From the UHGV virus genome UHGV-0209512: a stretch of 59,753 bases of DNA. The stretch is one strand, 5' to 3'. The notes beneath the pieces are model-generated. The model was not told the origin of the DNA, searched no databases, and saw only the letters and a program-made list of their open reading frames with translations. This document shows positions 9,264-17,444 of the stretch, piece by piece (positions within the stretch are counted from its first letter, which is position 1; each line of letters begins with the position of its first letter). Position numbers and translations under genes: made by a program. The DNA comes from a virus.

Positions 9264-9848
9264 TTATTTTTTATCTAAATGACGTGAAGTCATGATCGGA
9301 TGCGTAGCAGCTTCTTCCTCTGCTGTAACCACATTAGCAGATGTACCAGTGGACCCGAAGCCATTAGCACCGCGCTCAGTAGTTTTGAGCTCGTCTACTT
9401 CTACCAGTTGCACGCAAGGCACCTTAATAAGCATAGCTTGCGCGACACGGCTACCGTGCTCAACAATGAAGCCTTCTTCACCATCAATGGTAAGCTTAAT
9501 CTTAACTTCCCCAGTGTAATCGCTGTCAATAACACCCACGCAGTTTGCCAAACGCACATCATTTTTGAACCCGTGACCGCTGCGGGAATAGATCATAAGC
9601 GCGTAGCCTTCAGGGATGTCAAATGCTAATCCTGTGCGAATAACTTCGCTTTCTCTGAAGTACACCTGATTATACCCATCCGCACGTAGATCCGCGTGCA
9701 GGTCAAAACAAGCTGCCCCGGCAGTGGCGAACGCTGGTAGAATTGCGGTGTCGGTTAAGCGCTTTACCCCAATTAACTTGGCTGGTTTACGAGAAAGGAT
9801 TTTATCCTGTAAGTTTATATTTCGTATCTCATTAATGATATCAGTCAT
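9264..9848 (-). CDS. dut: dUTP diphosphatase (dUTPase)
   Basis: Conserved dUTPase motifs GVIDSDYTGE and RGANGFGSTG; AAGGGG RBS. Confidence 0.8.
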   Translation of the reverse strand: MTDIINEIRNINLQDKILSRKPAKLIGVKRLTDTAILPAFATAGAACFDLHADLRADGYNQVYFRESEVIRTGLAFDIPEGYALMIYSRSGHGFKNDVRLANCVGVIDSDYTGEVKIKLTIDGEEGFIVEHGSRVAQAMLIKVPCVQLVEVDELKTTERGANGFGSTGTSANVVTAEEEAATHPIMTSRHLDKK

Positions 9849-9857
9849 GATTTCCCC

Positions 9858-10325
9858 TTATTGAATTGAACCGCGATCAATTAACCATTGTTTCGCGTGC
9901 GCTTTAAAAATAATGCGATAGTCATCAAGACTAATCTCCGCGCGGATGGAATCTTTAACTTCGTACCACTGCCACTCGCCATTGCTAAAGACAACTGGAT
10001 TGAGTGGTAGAACAACCTTCCATCCTTTACGTTCTATTTTATACATCAGAACTGGATATCTTCCAAGCTCTTTAGCCGATTGAACAGTCTGCTTCCACCA
10101 TGTGTTCACCTGTGGTGTAGCATGGTTTTTTACTTCAACCGCATGGTGGCATGTATTGCTAATGTCGCAACCACCGACCGCACTTTGATTCTGGTTACGC
10201 TGAGCAATAGGTTTCTCCGGTAACCGCATCCCCAAACACACCCAACACTCGGCATAAATTGCATTAAAGAAATCGCATACTTCCCGCTCACCGCGTTGAC
10301 CTTTAGCGCGAATATTTACTGCCAT
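9858..10325 (-). CDS. Hjc-like PD-(D/E)xK endonuclease (putative Holliday junction resolvase)
   Basis: ORF 9858..10415 trimmed to ATG 10323-10325 preceded by GGAGA; KGQRGEREV and GGCDI ... AVEVKNH resemble archaeal Hjc-type resolvase motifs. Confidence 0.45.
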   Translation of the reverse strand: MAVNIRAKGQRGEREVCDFFNAIYAECWVCLGMRLPEKPIAQRNQNQSAVGGCDISNTCHHAVEVKNHATPQVNTWWKQTVQSAKELGRYPVLMYKIERKGWKVVLPLNPVVFSNGEWQWYEVKDSIRAEISLDDYRIIFKAHAKQWLIDRGSIQ

Positions 10326-10367
10326 GTTTGTCTCCATAACTTTAATGTAAAACACTTCATAAAGAAT

Positions 10368-10394
10368 TTTATATTGAAGTTCTGTTGATCTCAA
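10368..10394 (-). promoter_or_regulatory. Candidate sigma70-like promoter (TTGAGA-15 nt-TATAAA) on the minus strand
   Basis: -35-like TTGAGA (complement of 10389-10394) and -10-like TATAAA (complement of 10368-10373), immediately downstream of the terminator and upstream of the resolvase gene. Spacer is short; by-eye only. Confidence 0.25.
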
Positions 10395-10397
10395 GGA

Positions 10398-10430
10398 ACA
10401 AAAAAGCCCAGGCATAAGGATTCCTGGGCT
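10398..10430 (-). terminator. Rho-independent terminator (minus strand)
   Basis: 8-bp stem AGCCCAGG/CCTGGGCT with 10-nt loop; on the minus strand followed by UUUUUUG. Confidence 0.55.
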
Positions 10431-10742
10431 CTCTTGATTGTCGGATAGCTTACTTTGACTGCCGTCTTCGTCTATCCTGGCCTACTTGTACAGCCTCGCC
10501 AAAGGCTGGTGACGGTTTGGTACATCTGGCGCCGTCGCGTTAAACATCGTTCACATCGTTCAGTAAGTTGCGGGTTTACCCTGTCCGCTCCAGGAAGCCC
10601 AGCGAAAGTAGTTGCTGTAAGGAGGTACAGCTACCGCTTTCAAGGGCTTGAGTTAAGCATCGTTCACTAAGTTAATGTTGTTAAATTGTTAAACCTCGTT
10701 AACTGTGGTTATCTTAAAGGATGCAGTCTTGAATGGCAAGCT

Positions 10743-11048
10743 TCAATTTTGCGCGGTTCCCTTTGCCGCTTTTGGTGCTAAAATGCCACCTCTTAGAAGT
10801 ATTTCAAAACCTTGTACTTCATAAGTTGGGACAATAGCATAGCCCATGATTGTAAGTACAATAGATTCATCCTCACGACGCGGATAATAAATATGACACC
10901 AATGAGGAAAAGCATTGTCGTGACGAATGTCCGCATAAGTTTTATGATCCACCAAAATCTTTTGGATTTGGTTATTGTCCTCATTATTTACATTTTCACG
11001 GATAAGCTCCGCATAAATTGCTTCACAGATAGTATTTACAATGCTCAT
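10743..11048 (-). CDS. Hypothetical protein (101 aa)
   Basis: Intact ORF in the early leftward operon; no motif recognised. Confidence 0.45.
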   Translation of the reverse strand: MSIVNTICEAIYAELIRENVNNEDNNQIQKILVDHKTYADIRHDNAFPHWCHIYYPRREDESIVLTIMGYAIVPTYEVQGFEILLRGGILAPKAAKGTAQN

Positions 11049-11135
11049 TTTAACACCTCCTGGAAAGTTAATAATCCATCAAAGCTGTGGGCCGTAACAG
11101 CTAATAACCAGCCTACAGCTACTCCCCAAATAAAC

Positions 11136-11324
11136 TTATTCATCTTTATCACCCTCATAAGAAATAACAACCAAAGAAGCTGAACCAATAGTGCAACTAA
11201 TACCATAAGCTATCACATAAAGTATTCCCAGGACAGTTGATTTATCAACATATACGATAAGAATAACTGTAATGATAGTCCAAACCGTCCAATATAAATT
11301 CTTTAATAGTTTAAGATTCATCAT
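11136..11324 (-). CDS. Small membrane protein (62 aa, two predicted hydrophobic helices)
   Basis: Hydrophobic stretches WTVWTIITVILIVYV and LGILYVIAYGISCTIGSASLVVI. Confidence 0.45.
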   Translation of the reverse strand: MMNLKLLKNLYWTVWTIITVILIVYVDKSTVLGILYVIAYGISCTIGSASLVVISYEGDKDE

Positions 11325-11518
11325 TTACCCCTTAAGTTTTGAATCATTCTATCGCAGGCAGCTTTTACGGATGAGTTCTGCCAGTCTTCTTCGATTTGTG
11401 AAGGTTCTTCAGGCGAATAAGCAGCACTAATTAGACATTGATTATAACCTTCAATATAAGCTTGCTTTGCGGTATCTACTATTGCTTGTAAAGCAATATT
11501 GAATAATTGTTGATCCAT
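11321..11518 (-). CDS. Hypothetical protein (65 aa)
   Basis: ORF 11321..11530 trimmed to ATG 11516-11518 preceded by GAGGT. Confidence 0.4.
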   Translation of the reverse strand: MDQQLFNIALQAIVDTAKQAYIEGYNQCLISAAYSPEEPSQIEEDWQNSSVKAACDRMIQNLRGK

Positions 11519-11526
11519 CTTACACC

Positions 11527-11601
11527 TCACAGAATATACATAAACCAGAAATAACCAGCTACGAAAATAGCACCCGCAAATAATTTTAAAAGCTCGAACA
11601 T
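11527..11601 (-). CDS. Candidate 24-aa hydrophobic peptide (MFELLKLFAGAIFVAGYFWFMYIL)
   Basis: ATG at 11599-11601 preceded by GGAGGG (4-nt spacer), TGA at 11527-11529; below the ORF-track size cut-off. Confidence 0.3.
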   Translation of the reverse strand: MFELLKLFAGAIFVAGYFWFMYIL

Positions 11602-11759
11602 TGTTCCCTCCGTTAACTTTATGCTGTAAGTATAGCAGGACTTACGATGTATGCAACAACTTTAGACATGAAATAAATCTATTAGACAGCACGATTTGCC
11701 TTTACCTTTGATCCGTCTAGTTGTACTATTAATGCATAAACAAAGCGGAGGATTACAAA

Positions 11760-11984
11760 ATGGTCATGTTAAATAAAGTATATAGCACAATGGGCGCGGA
11801 TTATAAAGTTGTACGTCACCCGCGTACTGGTAAATTTGAAGCATATATCCGTCCAATGGGTGAAGGTTGGATGTATTACGGTACTTATGACGACGCTGAG
11901 CAAGCTTATGAAGAAGCGGAAAGTGCGGCGGAAGCATCCGAAATTATGGCAAGGTACGACGTCGATGATTACTATCTCAACTAA
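11760..11984 (+). CDS. Small acidic protein with AP2-like DNA-binding domain pattern (74 aa)
   Basis: GGAGG RBS 8 nt upstream of ATG; RTGKFEAYIRPMGEGWMYYGTYDDAEQAYEEA fits the AP2 pattern; only rightward gene inside the leftward block, with its own terminator. Confidence 0.5.
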   Translation: MVMLNKVYSTMGADYKVVRHPRTGKFEAYIRPMGEGWMYYGTYDDAEQAYEEAESAAEASEIMARYDVDDYYLN

Positions 11985-11988
11985 CAAT

Positions 11989-12008
11989 AAAGGGCCGAAA
12001 GGCCCTTT
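11989..12008. terminator. Bidirectional rho-independent terminator AAAGGGCC-GAAA-GGCCCTTT
   Basis: Perfect 8-bp stem with GAAA tetraloop, flanked by A-run upstream and T-run downstream; lies between convergent genes 11760..11984 (+) and 12011..14347 (-). Confidence 0.6.
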
Positions 12009-12010
12009 AT

Positions 12011-14347
12011 TTATTTGCTTAAGTCTTTGAAAACACTCTCAATTGACTCGTCTATATACCATCCCAACCCCCTGAAATTACGCTTTAACGCATCCTCACG
12101 TGTGACTGGGACGAGTGCTCCCATATCTACAAGTTGTTTGATAGTGAGGTCTGTTGCAGTACCTGCTCCCATCCTGTGATTCTTGAATGCTGCTAACCCG
12201 TAGGTTCTGCGTGTGATAGTTGCCTTCGGAATAATACCGTCAACTCGCAGCTCCTTACGATCACATGCAATTTTACCGCCAAGATAGTCTTTGCAGACCT
12301 GACAGATAGCCTTCACACGCGTTTCATCATCGCCGCCAATAGTACCTTTTTCCCATGCATTGATCATGATGTCCTGTCCGTGCGTAACAAAATCTACCGC
12401 CCATTGCATGTGATTAGGCTGAACGACAGGATTGATCCAGTTTTCCCCAACTGCTAACAGGGATGCAAGACGCAGAGCTTTAAGGTGCGCACGGTTCCAC
12501 GGCTGACGAATAGCTTCGTCTTTAGTTGCGTTAATGTGTTCATCACATAACAAGTTAAACTCCCGTTCAATCCTTTCCGCTTCAGGGCTTAACTGGACAG
12601 TAACGGTCTGGAACTTTGCCATTGTCACCAACGTGTGGTTAACGAGATGGCAGACCATGTCCTTTAATTGTTGTGGCATTGTGATTTCAGGATTTTCGTT
12701 TGCAGGAACACGATCCCCTTCATATTGCACAATGTGGAAACGGGACAAGAAACCGTCTTCCATCATTTCACGGGTTAATGCTTCAAAGAATGTGTCCGGT
12801 GTTGTTTCGCCCAGCACGCTAAACGCCACCCCGTCCATCGTTTTGGTATTATTAGCCTTATCAGAATATCCGATACCGCCAACAACATCCATAGCACCAG
12901 ATTTTTGATACACATCTGTGATAGTTTGCTTCAGGGTGTAGTTTGCAGTGCCAGGTTGAGCTGTTGCCATACCTTTAATGGTTTTACCGAACTCGCCGTT
13001 AATATTCACAAACGAAGTGTGATCCGCAAAACTTTTACGCAAGGCAGGGCCGGAAGCATAGTTAGTCATGTCTACAAATTCATGCACTTGCGGTAATTGC
13101 TCGCCCACTTGCTTACAAATATAACTGGGCCCAGCGTGAAGCATTTCTTTACCCACACCTGATCGGGCAATAAGCACAAAGTAACCGTTTAACCCTGTGT
13201 TGGTGATAGTATTCCACACCTTGCCGCATACGCCGGATAAGAATGCTAAAGATGCAGTGATTGCAATTTCTTTTACCGGACGCTGCGAGGCCTTGTAGAT
13301 ATACTTCGCAAGCTCACCAGCAAGTCCCGGCGGCCATTCAATAGCTGTTGCATCAATGGACGTACTTTCTGCAACTACTATTTCACCGGACGGGCTGACT
13401 GTGGTTACAGGCGTTTCCGTTACCTGCTGCATTGCACTGTGTGCGGCTTGCATACGGGCAGCGTAATCCCGCGCCAGCGCCGCTACGTTTTCCTGGGCAA
13501 TGCGCTCACGCTCCATACGACCGCGGCACATGCGCAAACAACGGTCAATATGAACATTGTTCTTGTTAGCCTTCTCACGTTTGCCCAGTGCGCTGTAACG
13601 GAACAGACGACGACATTGCTCATTACTTTCTGTGTAGAATGCATACATAGAAATAAGGGCAAGGTCTGCTTCAGACTGGGAAGGGAATCCCATTTCAACC
13701 CATTCGCCATTGAAGAGGCGTGCATACTTATCGCCGTTGTCTGCTTCAAGGGCACGCTGGTGAATGGTTGCATCGTCTTCTACCGGATCTTTTTCTACCA
13801 GTTCAATTTCATATGTCTTGCGCTGAAGATCAATTTCATTCACAAGCATAGTAAGGTAATGATCACGCTCTGCAACTGGTTTGTTATAGACAGGATTACC
13901 CGTGCAGATAATAAAACGCTCCTGACTATAAACCTCGACACCATCACGTCGGCGTCCTTTACCGATATTTCCTCTTAACCACAGGTGGACACCCAAGCCT
14001 GACCGACTTACTTCAGTGTAAGTATCGAACGCAGTCATGATCTGTTCGAAGCGACGCAACTGTTCCGGCGTTGTGTGCTTCTTGGGATCCGGTTCATTGG
14101 TTGCGTTCTTCACATCCAGGTCGATGCAGGTGAACGGGTCTTGCGCAGTAAGCACAAAGCCAATATAAGGTTTGTTGAAATGAGCGGCACAACCTTTGGC
14201 AGCTTCAAACGTCATAAGCATATCCGGATCGGTAACATCCGCAGCCATCAGGCGCCCGATATCGTTGTCCCACACAAGCGGCTTTTTGTCCGCATCGGCG
14301 ACAGCCCATTGTGGGAAAGCTTTAATTTCAGCGGGAAACAATTCCAT
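12011..14347 (-). CDS. Replication protein with N-terminal primase-polymerase-like domain (778 aa)
   Basis: N-terminal region with GFVLTAQDPFTCIDLDVKN resembles prim-pol catalytic motifs; central P-loop-like ARSGVGKE is not a canonical Walker A; adjacent to the AT-rich repeat region. Confidence 0.5.
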   Translation of the reverse strand: MELFPAEIKAFPQWAVADADKKPLVWDNDIGRLMAADVTDPDMLMTFEAAKGCAAHFNKPYIGFVLTAQDPFTCIDLDVKNATNEPDPKKHTTPEQLRRFEQIMTAFDTYTEVSRSGLGVHLWLRGNIGKGRRRDGVEVYSQERFIICTGNPVYNKPVAERDHYLTMLVNEIDLQRKTYEIELVEKDPVEDDATIHQRALEADNGDKYARLFNGEWVEMGFPSQSEADLALISMYAFYTESNEQCRRLFRYSALGKREKANKNNVHIDRCLRMCRGRMERERIAQENVAALARDYAARMQAAHSAMQQVTETPVTTVSPSGEIVVAESTSIDATAIEWPPGLAGELAKYIYKASQRPVKEIAITASLAFLSGVCGKVWNTITNTGLNGYFVLIARSGVGKEMLHAGPSYICKQVGEQLPQVHEFVDMTNYASGPALRKSFADHTSFVNINGEFGKTIKGMATAQPGTANYTLKQTITDVYQKSGAMDVVGGIGYSDKANNTKTMDGVAFSVLGETTPDTFFEALTREMMEDGFLSRFHIVQYEGDRVPANENPEITMPQQLKDMVCHLVNHTLVTMAKFQTVTVQLSPEAERIEREFNLLCDEHINATKDEAIRQPWNRAHLKALRLASLLAVGENWINPVVQPNHMQWAVDFVTHGQDIMINAWEKGTIGGDDETRVKAICQVCKDYLGGKIACDRKELRVDGIIPKATITRRTYGLAAFKNHRMGAGTATDLTIKQLVDMGALVPVTREDALKRNFRGLGWYIDESIESVFKDLSK

Positions 14348-14368
14348 TATTTATCACCTCCAATCACT

Positions 14369-14650
14369 TTAGCCATAGATCTGTTTCCTCCGCCATTCTT
14401 CATATGCTGAATTATTTGCGTCATATACTTCGCAAGCGTCTTTCATGCTGTCGTACAGTCCAAGGAAGGTTCGCCTTGTTTCCCCGCCTGCATCTACCCA
14501 TGTTAATCGGGCAAGCCATTTACCCGTTTTGTAATCGAAAGTAACGCCCTCACGCCCGCTCACATTTTCCCGAGGTACTCGCGGTTTCCGGCGTGCAAGC
14601 CCGCGACCTTTGAAATTACTGCCCGGGACAGTCCTGCACTTACGACCCAC
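14369..14650 (-). CDS. AP2-domain DNA-binding protein (about 93 aa)
   Basis: GVTFDYKTGKWLARLTW ... FLGLYDSMKDACEVYD matches the AP2 pattern; no in-frame ATG, proposed GTG start at 14648-14650 preceded by GGAGG with 6-nt spacer (track ORF starts at TTG 14668). Confidence 0.45.
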   Translation of the reverse strand: MGRKCRTVPGSNFKGRGLARRKPRVPRENVSGREGVTFDYKTGKWLARLTWVDAGGETRRTFLGLYDSMKDACEVYDANNSAYEEWRRKQIYG

Positions 14651-14855
14651 GACCAACCTCCGACACAATCCGACCAGCGTGCAACATTAAGACGGGCTCT
14701 GCAACTTCGCGGACATAAACGTAAACGTTAGCAATTTTAACTTCGCCAGGCAGCTTACCGCGTAGCGAACATAATTTGCGACGGCTAAGACCGAAGCGCT
14801 TTTCGATTTCTGATGTGGTTATGTATTTAAGATCAAATTCTTTTTGATGGTCCAT
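14640..14855 (-). CDS. Helix-turn-helix DNA-binding protein (71 aa)
   Basis: ATG 14853-14855 preceded by GGAGG (5-nt spacer); ITTSEIEKRFGLSRRKLCSLRGK looks like an HTH; its stop overlaps the AP2 gene start. Confidence 0.5.
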   Translation of the reverse strand: MDHQKEFDLKYITTSEIEKRFGLSRRKLCSLRGKLPGEVKIANVYVYVREVAEPVLMLHAGRIVSEVGRGS

Positions 14856-15011
14856 ACCTACCTCCTAACAGCACTATACACAATACATACCGGCGCAGCC
14901 ACAATTATTCCACCTGAAGTTATGATGTGAGAGGATTGTTAATATATAACCACATGTGATGGAAAGTTTTGGGTAGGAATAGTTGGTGCTCCACAGTTTG
15001 CGCAATGTGAC

Positions 15012-15052
15012 CGAAAGTTTTGTGAGTTTTGCGAAGTTTTGCGAAGTTTTGT
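15012..15052. repeat. Tandem phased repeats (G/C)GA(A/G)GTTTTG, four copies at 9-10 bp spacing
   Basis: AGTTTT at 15016, 15025, 15035 and 15045 (a further copy at 14965); inverted copy CAAAACTCGCAAAA near 15450. Confidence 0.5.
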
Positions 15053-15242
15053 GGTGCCACTGTTGCTAAAAACTTTAATAAAAACAATAAGTTGGTGCAG
15101 TAAGTTTTTGCGTTTTACCCCAAAACGCATTTTTTACCCTAACACCCAAATCCCGACTGTTAGTAAAAAACGTATATAAATCAATAATATAGATACTAAA
15201 TGAATAGTGAATGGAATGGGTAGAAATCCAAATGATGGAAGT

Positions 15243-15257
15243 GGAATAAATTATTCC
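15243..15257. promoter_or_regulatory. Perfect 15-bp palindrome GGAATAA-A-TTATTCC (candidate operator)
   Basis: 7-bp arms around a single central base, read directly from sequence. Confidence 0.45.
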
Positions 15258-15525
15258 TACTTGATAGAATAATGGAATCGGTACTCCAGAGCGCAAAAAC
15301 CTAAAACTTTCAGTCAACAGACTAAAAACGGATAGAAACTAAAAGTTAATAAGTAATACCATAAATATATATAAAATAAGGATTTATTAGTAATGTATAT
15401 AGTACCTATTTGTATTATTTGAATGTTTTTGGGTCATTGTTAAAAAGTCCCAAAACTCGCAAAAAGTGAAAGAATACAATTCGTGACAGGATTGTTAATG
15501 GAATAAGGTGTATGGATATACAGTA

Positions 15526-15570
15526 TTATTCCAGATTCCGGAATAATTGGAATAATGGAATAAATTATTG
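15526..15570. promoter_or_regulatory. Second cluster of the GGAATAA/TTATTCC motif (inverted repeat plus near-palindrome)
   Basis: TTATTCC (15526-15532) and GGAATAA (15540-15546) around palindromic ATTCCGGAAT; then GGAATAA-A-TTATTG at 15557-15570. Confidence 0.45.
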
Positions 15571-15684
15571 AACTATTGTGATCGGAAGGTATATCAAGCT
15601 ATAATGCGCTTAATCGCGGGATATTGGAGGAGGACTTTATTGCGCGGTTAACCGGACCAGTAGGAGGACTGGCCCGGAAGTAGT

Positions 15685-16011
15685 TTAGAGCTGTACAGGT
15701 GTGAAGTGGGCTAGCGTATCGTCGGACATAATACCCGACAGTTTTTCGCATACCCAGTCGGACCAAATGCTGTCCGGTTCCTGGCGATGCACAAACCAGA
15801 TTTCGGATGTGCCTTCTTTGCGCATCGGTTGCACTTCTACAAGGAACTTGTCCTGCATAAGGCGGGTGAAGCATACGCTGGTCATTGGGACCGGCTTTTC
15901 GTGTTTATTGTAATAAGGAGTCAGTAATTTATTTCCGAAGTTGGCAACTTCATAAACTGTTCCTTTGCGAAGACCTCTGATGTCTGTGTAAGAGCGGATA
16001 AATGTTTTCAT
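15685..16011 (-). CDS. Hypothetical protein (108 aa)
   Basis: ATG at 16009-16011 with GGAG upstream; first gene downstream of the AT-rich region. Confidence 0.5.
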   Translation of the reverse strand: MKTFIRSYTDIRGLRKGTVYEVANFGNKLLTPYYNKHEKPVPMTSVCFTRLMQDKFLVEVQPMRKEGTSEIWFVHRQEPDSIWSDWVCEKLSGIMSDDTLAHFTPVQL

Positions 16012-16061
16012 TTTTCGTTACTCCTAGGGCTCCCGCAGAAGCCCGTCAGTGAACAGTGTGG

Positions 16062-16226
16062 TTATAGAAAATATAGATTGCCTTGTAGGTTGTATTTAAT
16101 TCTAACTTTATCGCGCCATTTTATATAAGCTACACGAGGACTATCAGCAGAGCTTGCCATTTCTTGCCCATTCCAGCAGAACCAAAGACCGCCTTCAAAA
16201 TATATCCGTGGTTTATTAAGTTTCAT
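16062..16226 (-). CDS. Candidate small protein (54 aa)
   Basis: ATG 16224-16226 preceded by GGAGG (6-nt spacer), open to TAA at 16062-16064; translation verified codon by codon; not in ORF track. Confidence 0.4.
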   Translation of the reverse strand: MKLNKPRIYFEGGLWFCWNGQEMASSADSPRVAYIKWRDKVRIKYNLQGNLYFL

Positions 16227-16227
16227 A

Positions 16228-16842
16228 TCAAGCCTCCAGTCCGTGGAACTTTCTCCAAGCGTAGAACTGAATGGCGACTGTTGTCCCGTTGTAAGAAGGC
16301 ATTGCTGCTTTCATTTCTTTCAGCTCCGGCGTGCGGCCCAGTTCAGCTAAAAGTTTGTCGCCCATTGCCCACACTTCGGCAGTTTTTCCTTTTAGAGGCT
16401 TGCGAGCGCCATTTTTGAAATCACAGCGAGCAGCTTTTGCATCTTGTTTTGGCGCGGCAGCTTTTGGCTCTTCAATTTTGATTTCAGAAACCTGCGTGAC
16501 AGCTTTTGCATGTTTCATATCTTTCTCTTCCTCCTGCTCCAGAGCTTCGAGGCAGCTTTTAACAATTTCCGGATTTACCATCGGGCGCAGTACCGAGACG
16601 CTGGCAGCTGGCGCGGCGGTCGGCGCCGGGACTTTCTGCTCCGGCTGTTGCGCTTTTTTATGGTCGCGCAGTACCTGAAGCACTTCCTTTTCGACGATGT
16701 AAAAACCGATCTCGTCCTGATGGATTAACTGCTCGTGTGCATCGCGTGCAACCTGCCCCCAGCGGGTCTTCAGAGCGCGGCGTGCATTGGTCTTCATGGT
16801 GTAGCGCATTTTATCCTGTTCGCGGTGAGTTACTTTAGACAT
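16228..16842 (-). CDS. Hypothetical protein with charged low-complexity linker and C-terminal putative DNA-binding module (204 aa)
   Basis: C-terminal VWAMGDKLLAELGRTPELKEMKAAMPSYNGTTVAIQFYAWRKFHG aligns with the C-terminus of the 7..810 product. Confidence 0.55.
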   Translation of the reverse strand: MSKVTHREQDKMRYTMKTNARRALKTRWGQVARDAHEQLIHQDEIGFYIVEKEVLQVLRDHKKAQQPEQKVPAPTAAPAASVSVLRPMVNPEIVKSCLEALEQEEEKDMKHAKAVTQVSEIKIEEPKAAAPKQDAKAARCDFKNGARKPLKGKTAEVWAMGDKLLAELGRTPELKEMKAAMPSYNGTTVAIQFYAWRKFHGLEA

Positions 16843-16910
16843 TTTGTAGTTCCTTTGTTTGGTCGATGTATCTTATTATCAATGTATTTCAGGACAAGCC
16901 AAGTATTATT

Positions 16911-17054
16911 TCAAACTTTTTCAATATGGAACTGAGCATCGAAATCGTTAGCGCTTACGTGCAGCTCTTCAATTGCAAGGGCTTCAGCTTCTACGAAATT
17001 TGAAGCTTCTACAAAAGCAACGATAACACCGTCAGCTCTGATTACTTCGTACAT
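16911..17054 (-). CDS. Small hypothetical protein (47 aa)
   Basis: ORF 16911..17099 trimmed to ATG 17052-17054 preceded by AAGGAG. Confidence 0.4.
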   Translation of the reverse strand: MYEVIRADGVIVAFVEASNFVEAEALAIEELHVSANDFDAQFHIEKV

Positions 17055-17127
17055 GATATAGCTCCTTTCGTTAATATTAGTTTGCTTATTACTGCCCACC
17101 GTAATGATGAGCAGTGTATAAGAAAAC

Positions 17128-17376
17128 TTATTGCACGATTGCTACGAAATCGGCGGTTGCGATATCCATGCTTGCGAAAGCAACGATGCCATAGTCGGTG
17201 TCGTTTTCGGCGTTAAACGCTTTGAGGAACTGCTGTACTGCTGCTTTATGGTTAAGCGTTACGTCGATGGCATAGTCCCAGCTATACACTTTGCGGCGAC
17301 CGAAACCTTTAACAGCAATGCGTGCGCTTTTAGTGTTAGTTGGTGCCAAAAATTTGGTGACGATAGAAGTAGCCAT
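17128..17376 (-). CDS. Hypothetical protein (82 aa)
   Basis: ATG 17374-17376 preceded by GAGGA. Confidence 0.5.
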   Translation of the reverse strand: MATSIVTKFLAPTNTKSARIAVKGFGRRKVYSWDYAIDVTLNHKAAVQQFLKAFNAENDTDYGIVAFASMDIATADFVAIVQ

Positions 17377-17444
17377 GATGTAATCCTCGTTTTGTTTAAG
17401 TTGACTTATTATTGCCCGGTCCGATCAACTGGGCAAGATATAAA

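Larger units (their letters stand above)
14880..15600. promoter_or_regulatory. AT-rich non-coding region with phased repeats and palindromes (candidate origin/operator region)
   Basis: About 0.8 kb without a credible ORF between regulator genes and the next leftward gene; contains AGTTTT repeats, GGAATAA/TGGAAT motif clusters and an AGGATTGTTAAT duplication (14932 and 15489). Confidence 0.45.

Noticed and set aside
14369-14855. HTH and AP2 ORFs as one gene broken by a frameshift or sequencing error
   Set aside because: Joining them needs a +1 shift, whereas a GTG start with a perfectly spaced GGAGG explains the AP2 ORF as a separate coupled gene. A true frameshift cannot be fully excluded.
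14939-15317. Track ORFs of 63 and 80 aa on the minus strand inside the AT-rich repeat region
   Set aside because: Low-complexity translations of repeat DNA without RBS; the region is better explained as non-coding.
14880-15600. CRISPR array
   Set aside because: Repeats are short, degenerate and irregularly spaced with palindromes; no constant repeat/unique spacer periodicity and no cas genes.
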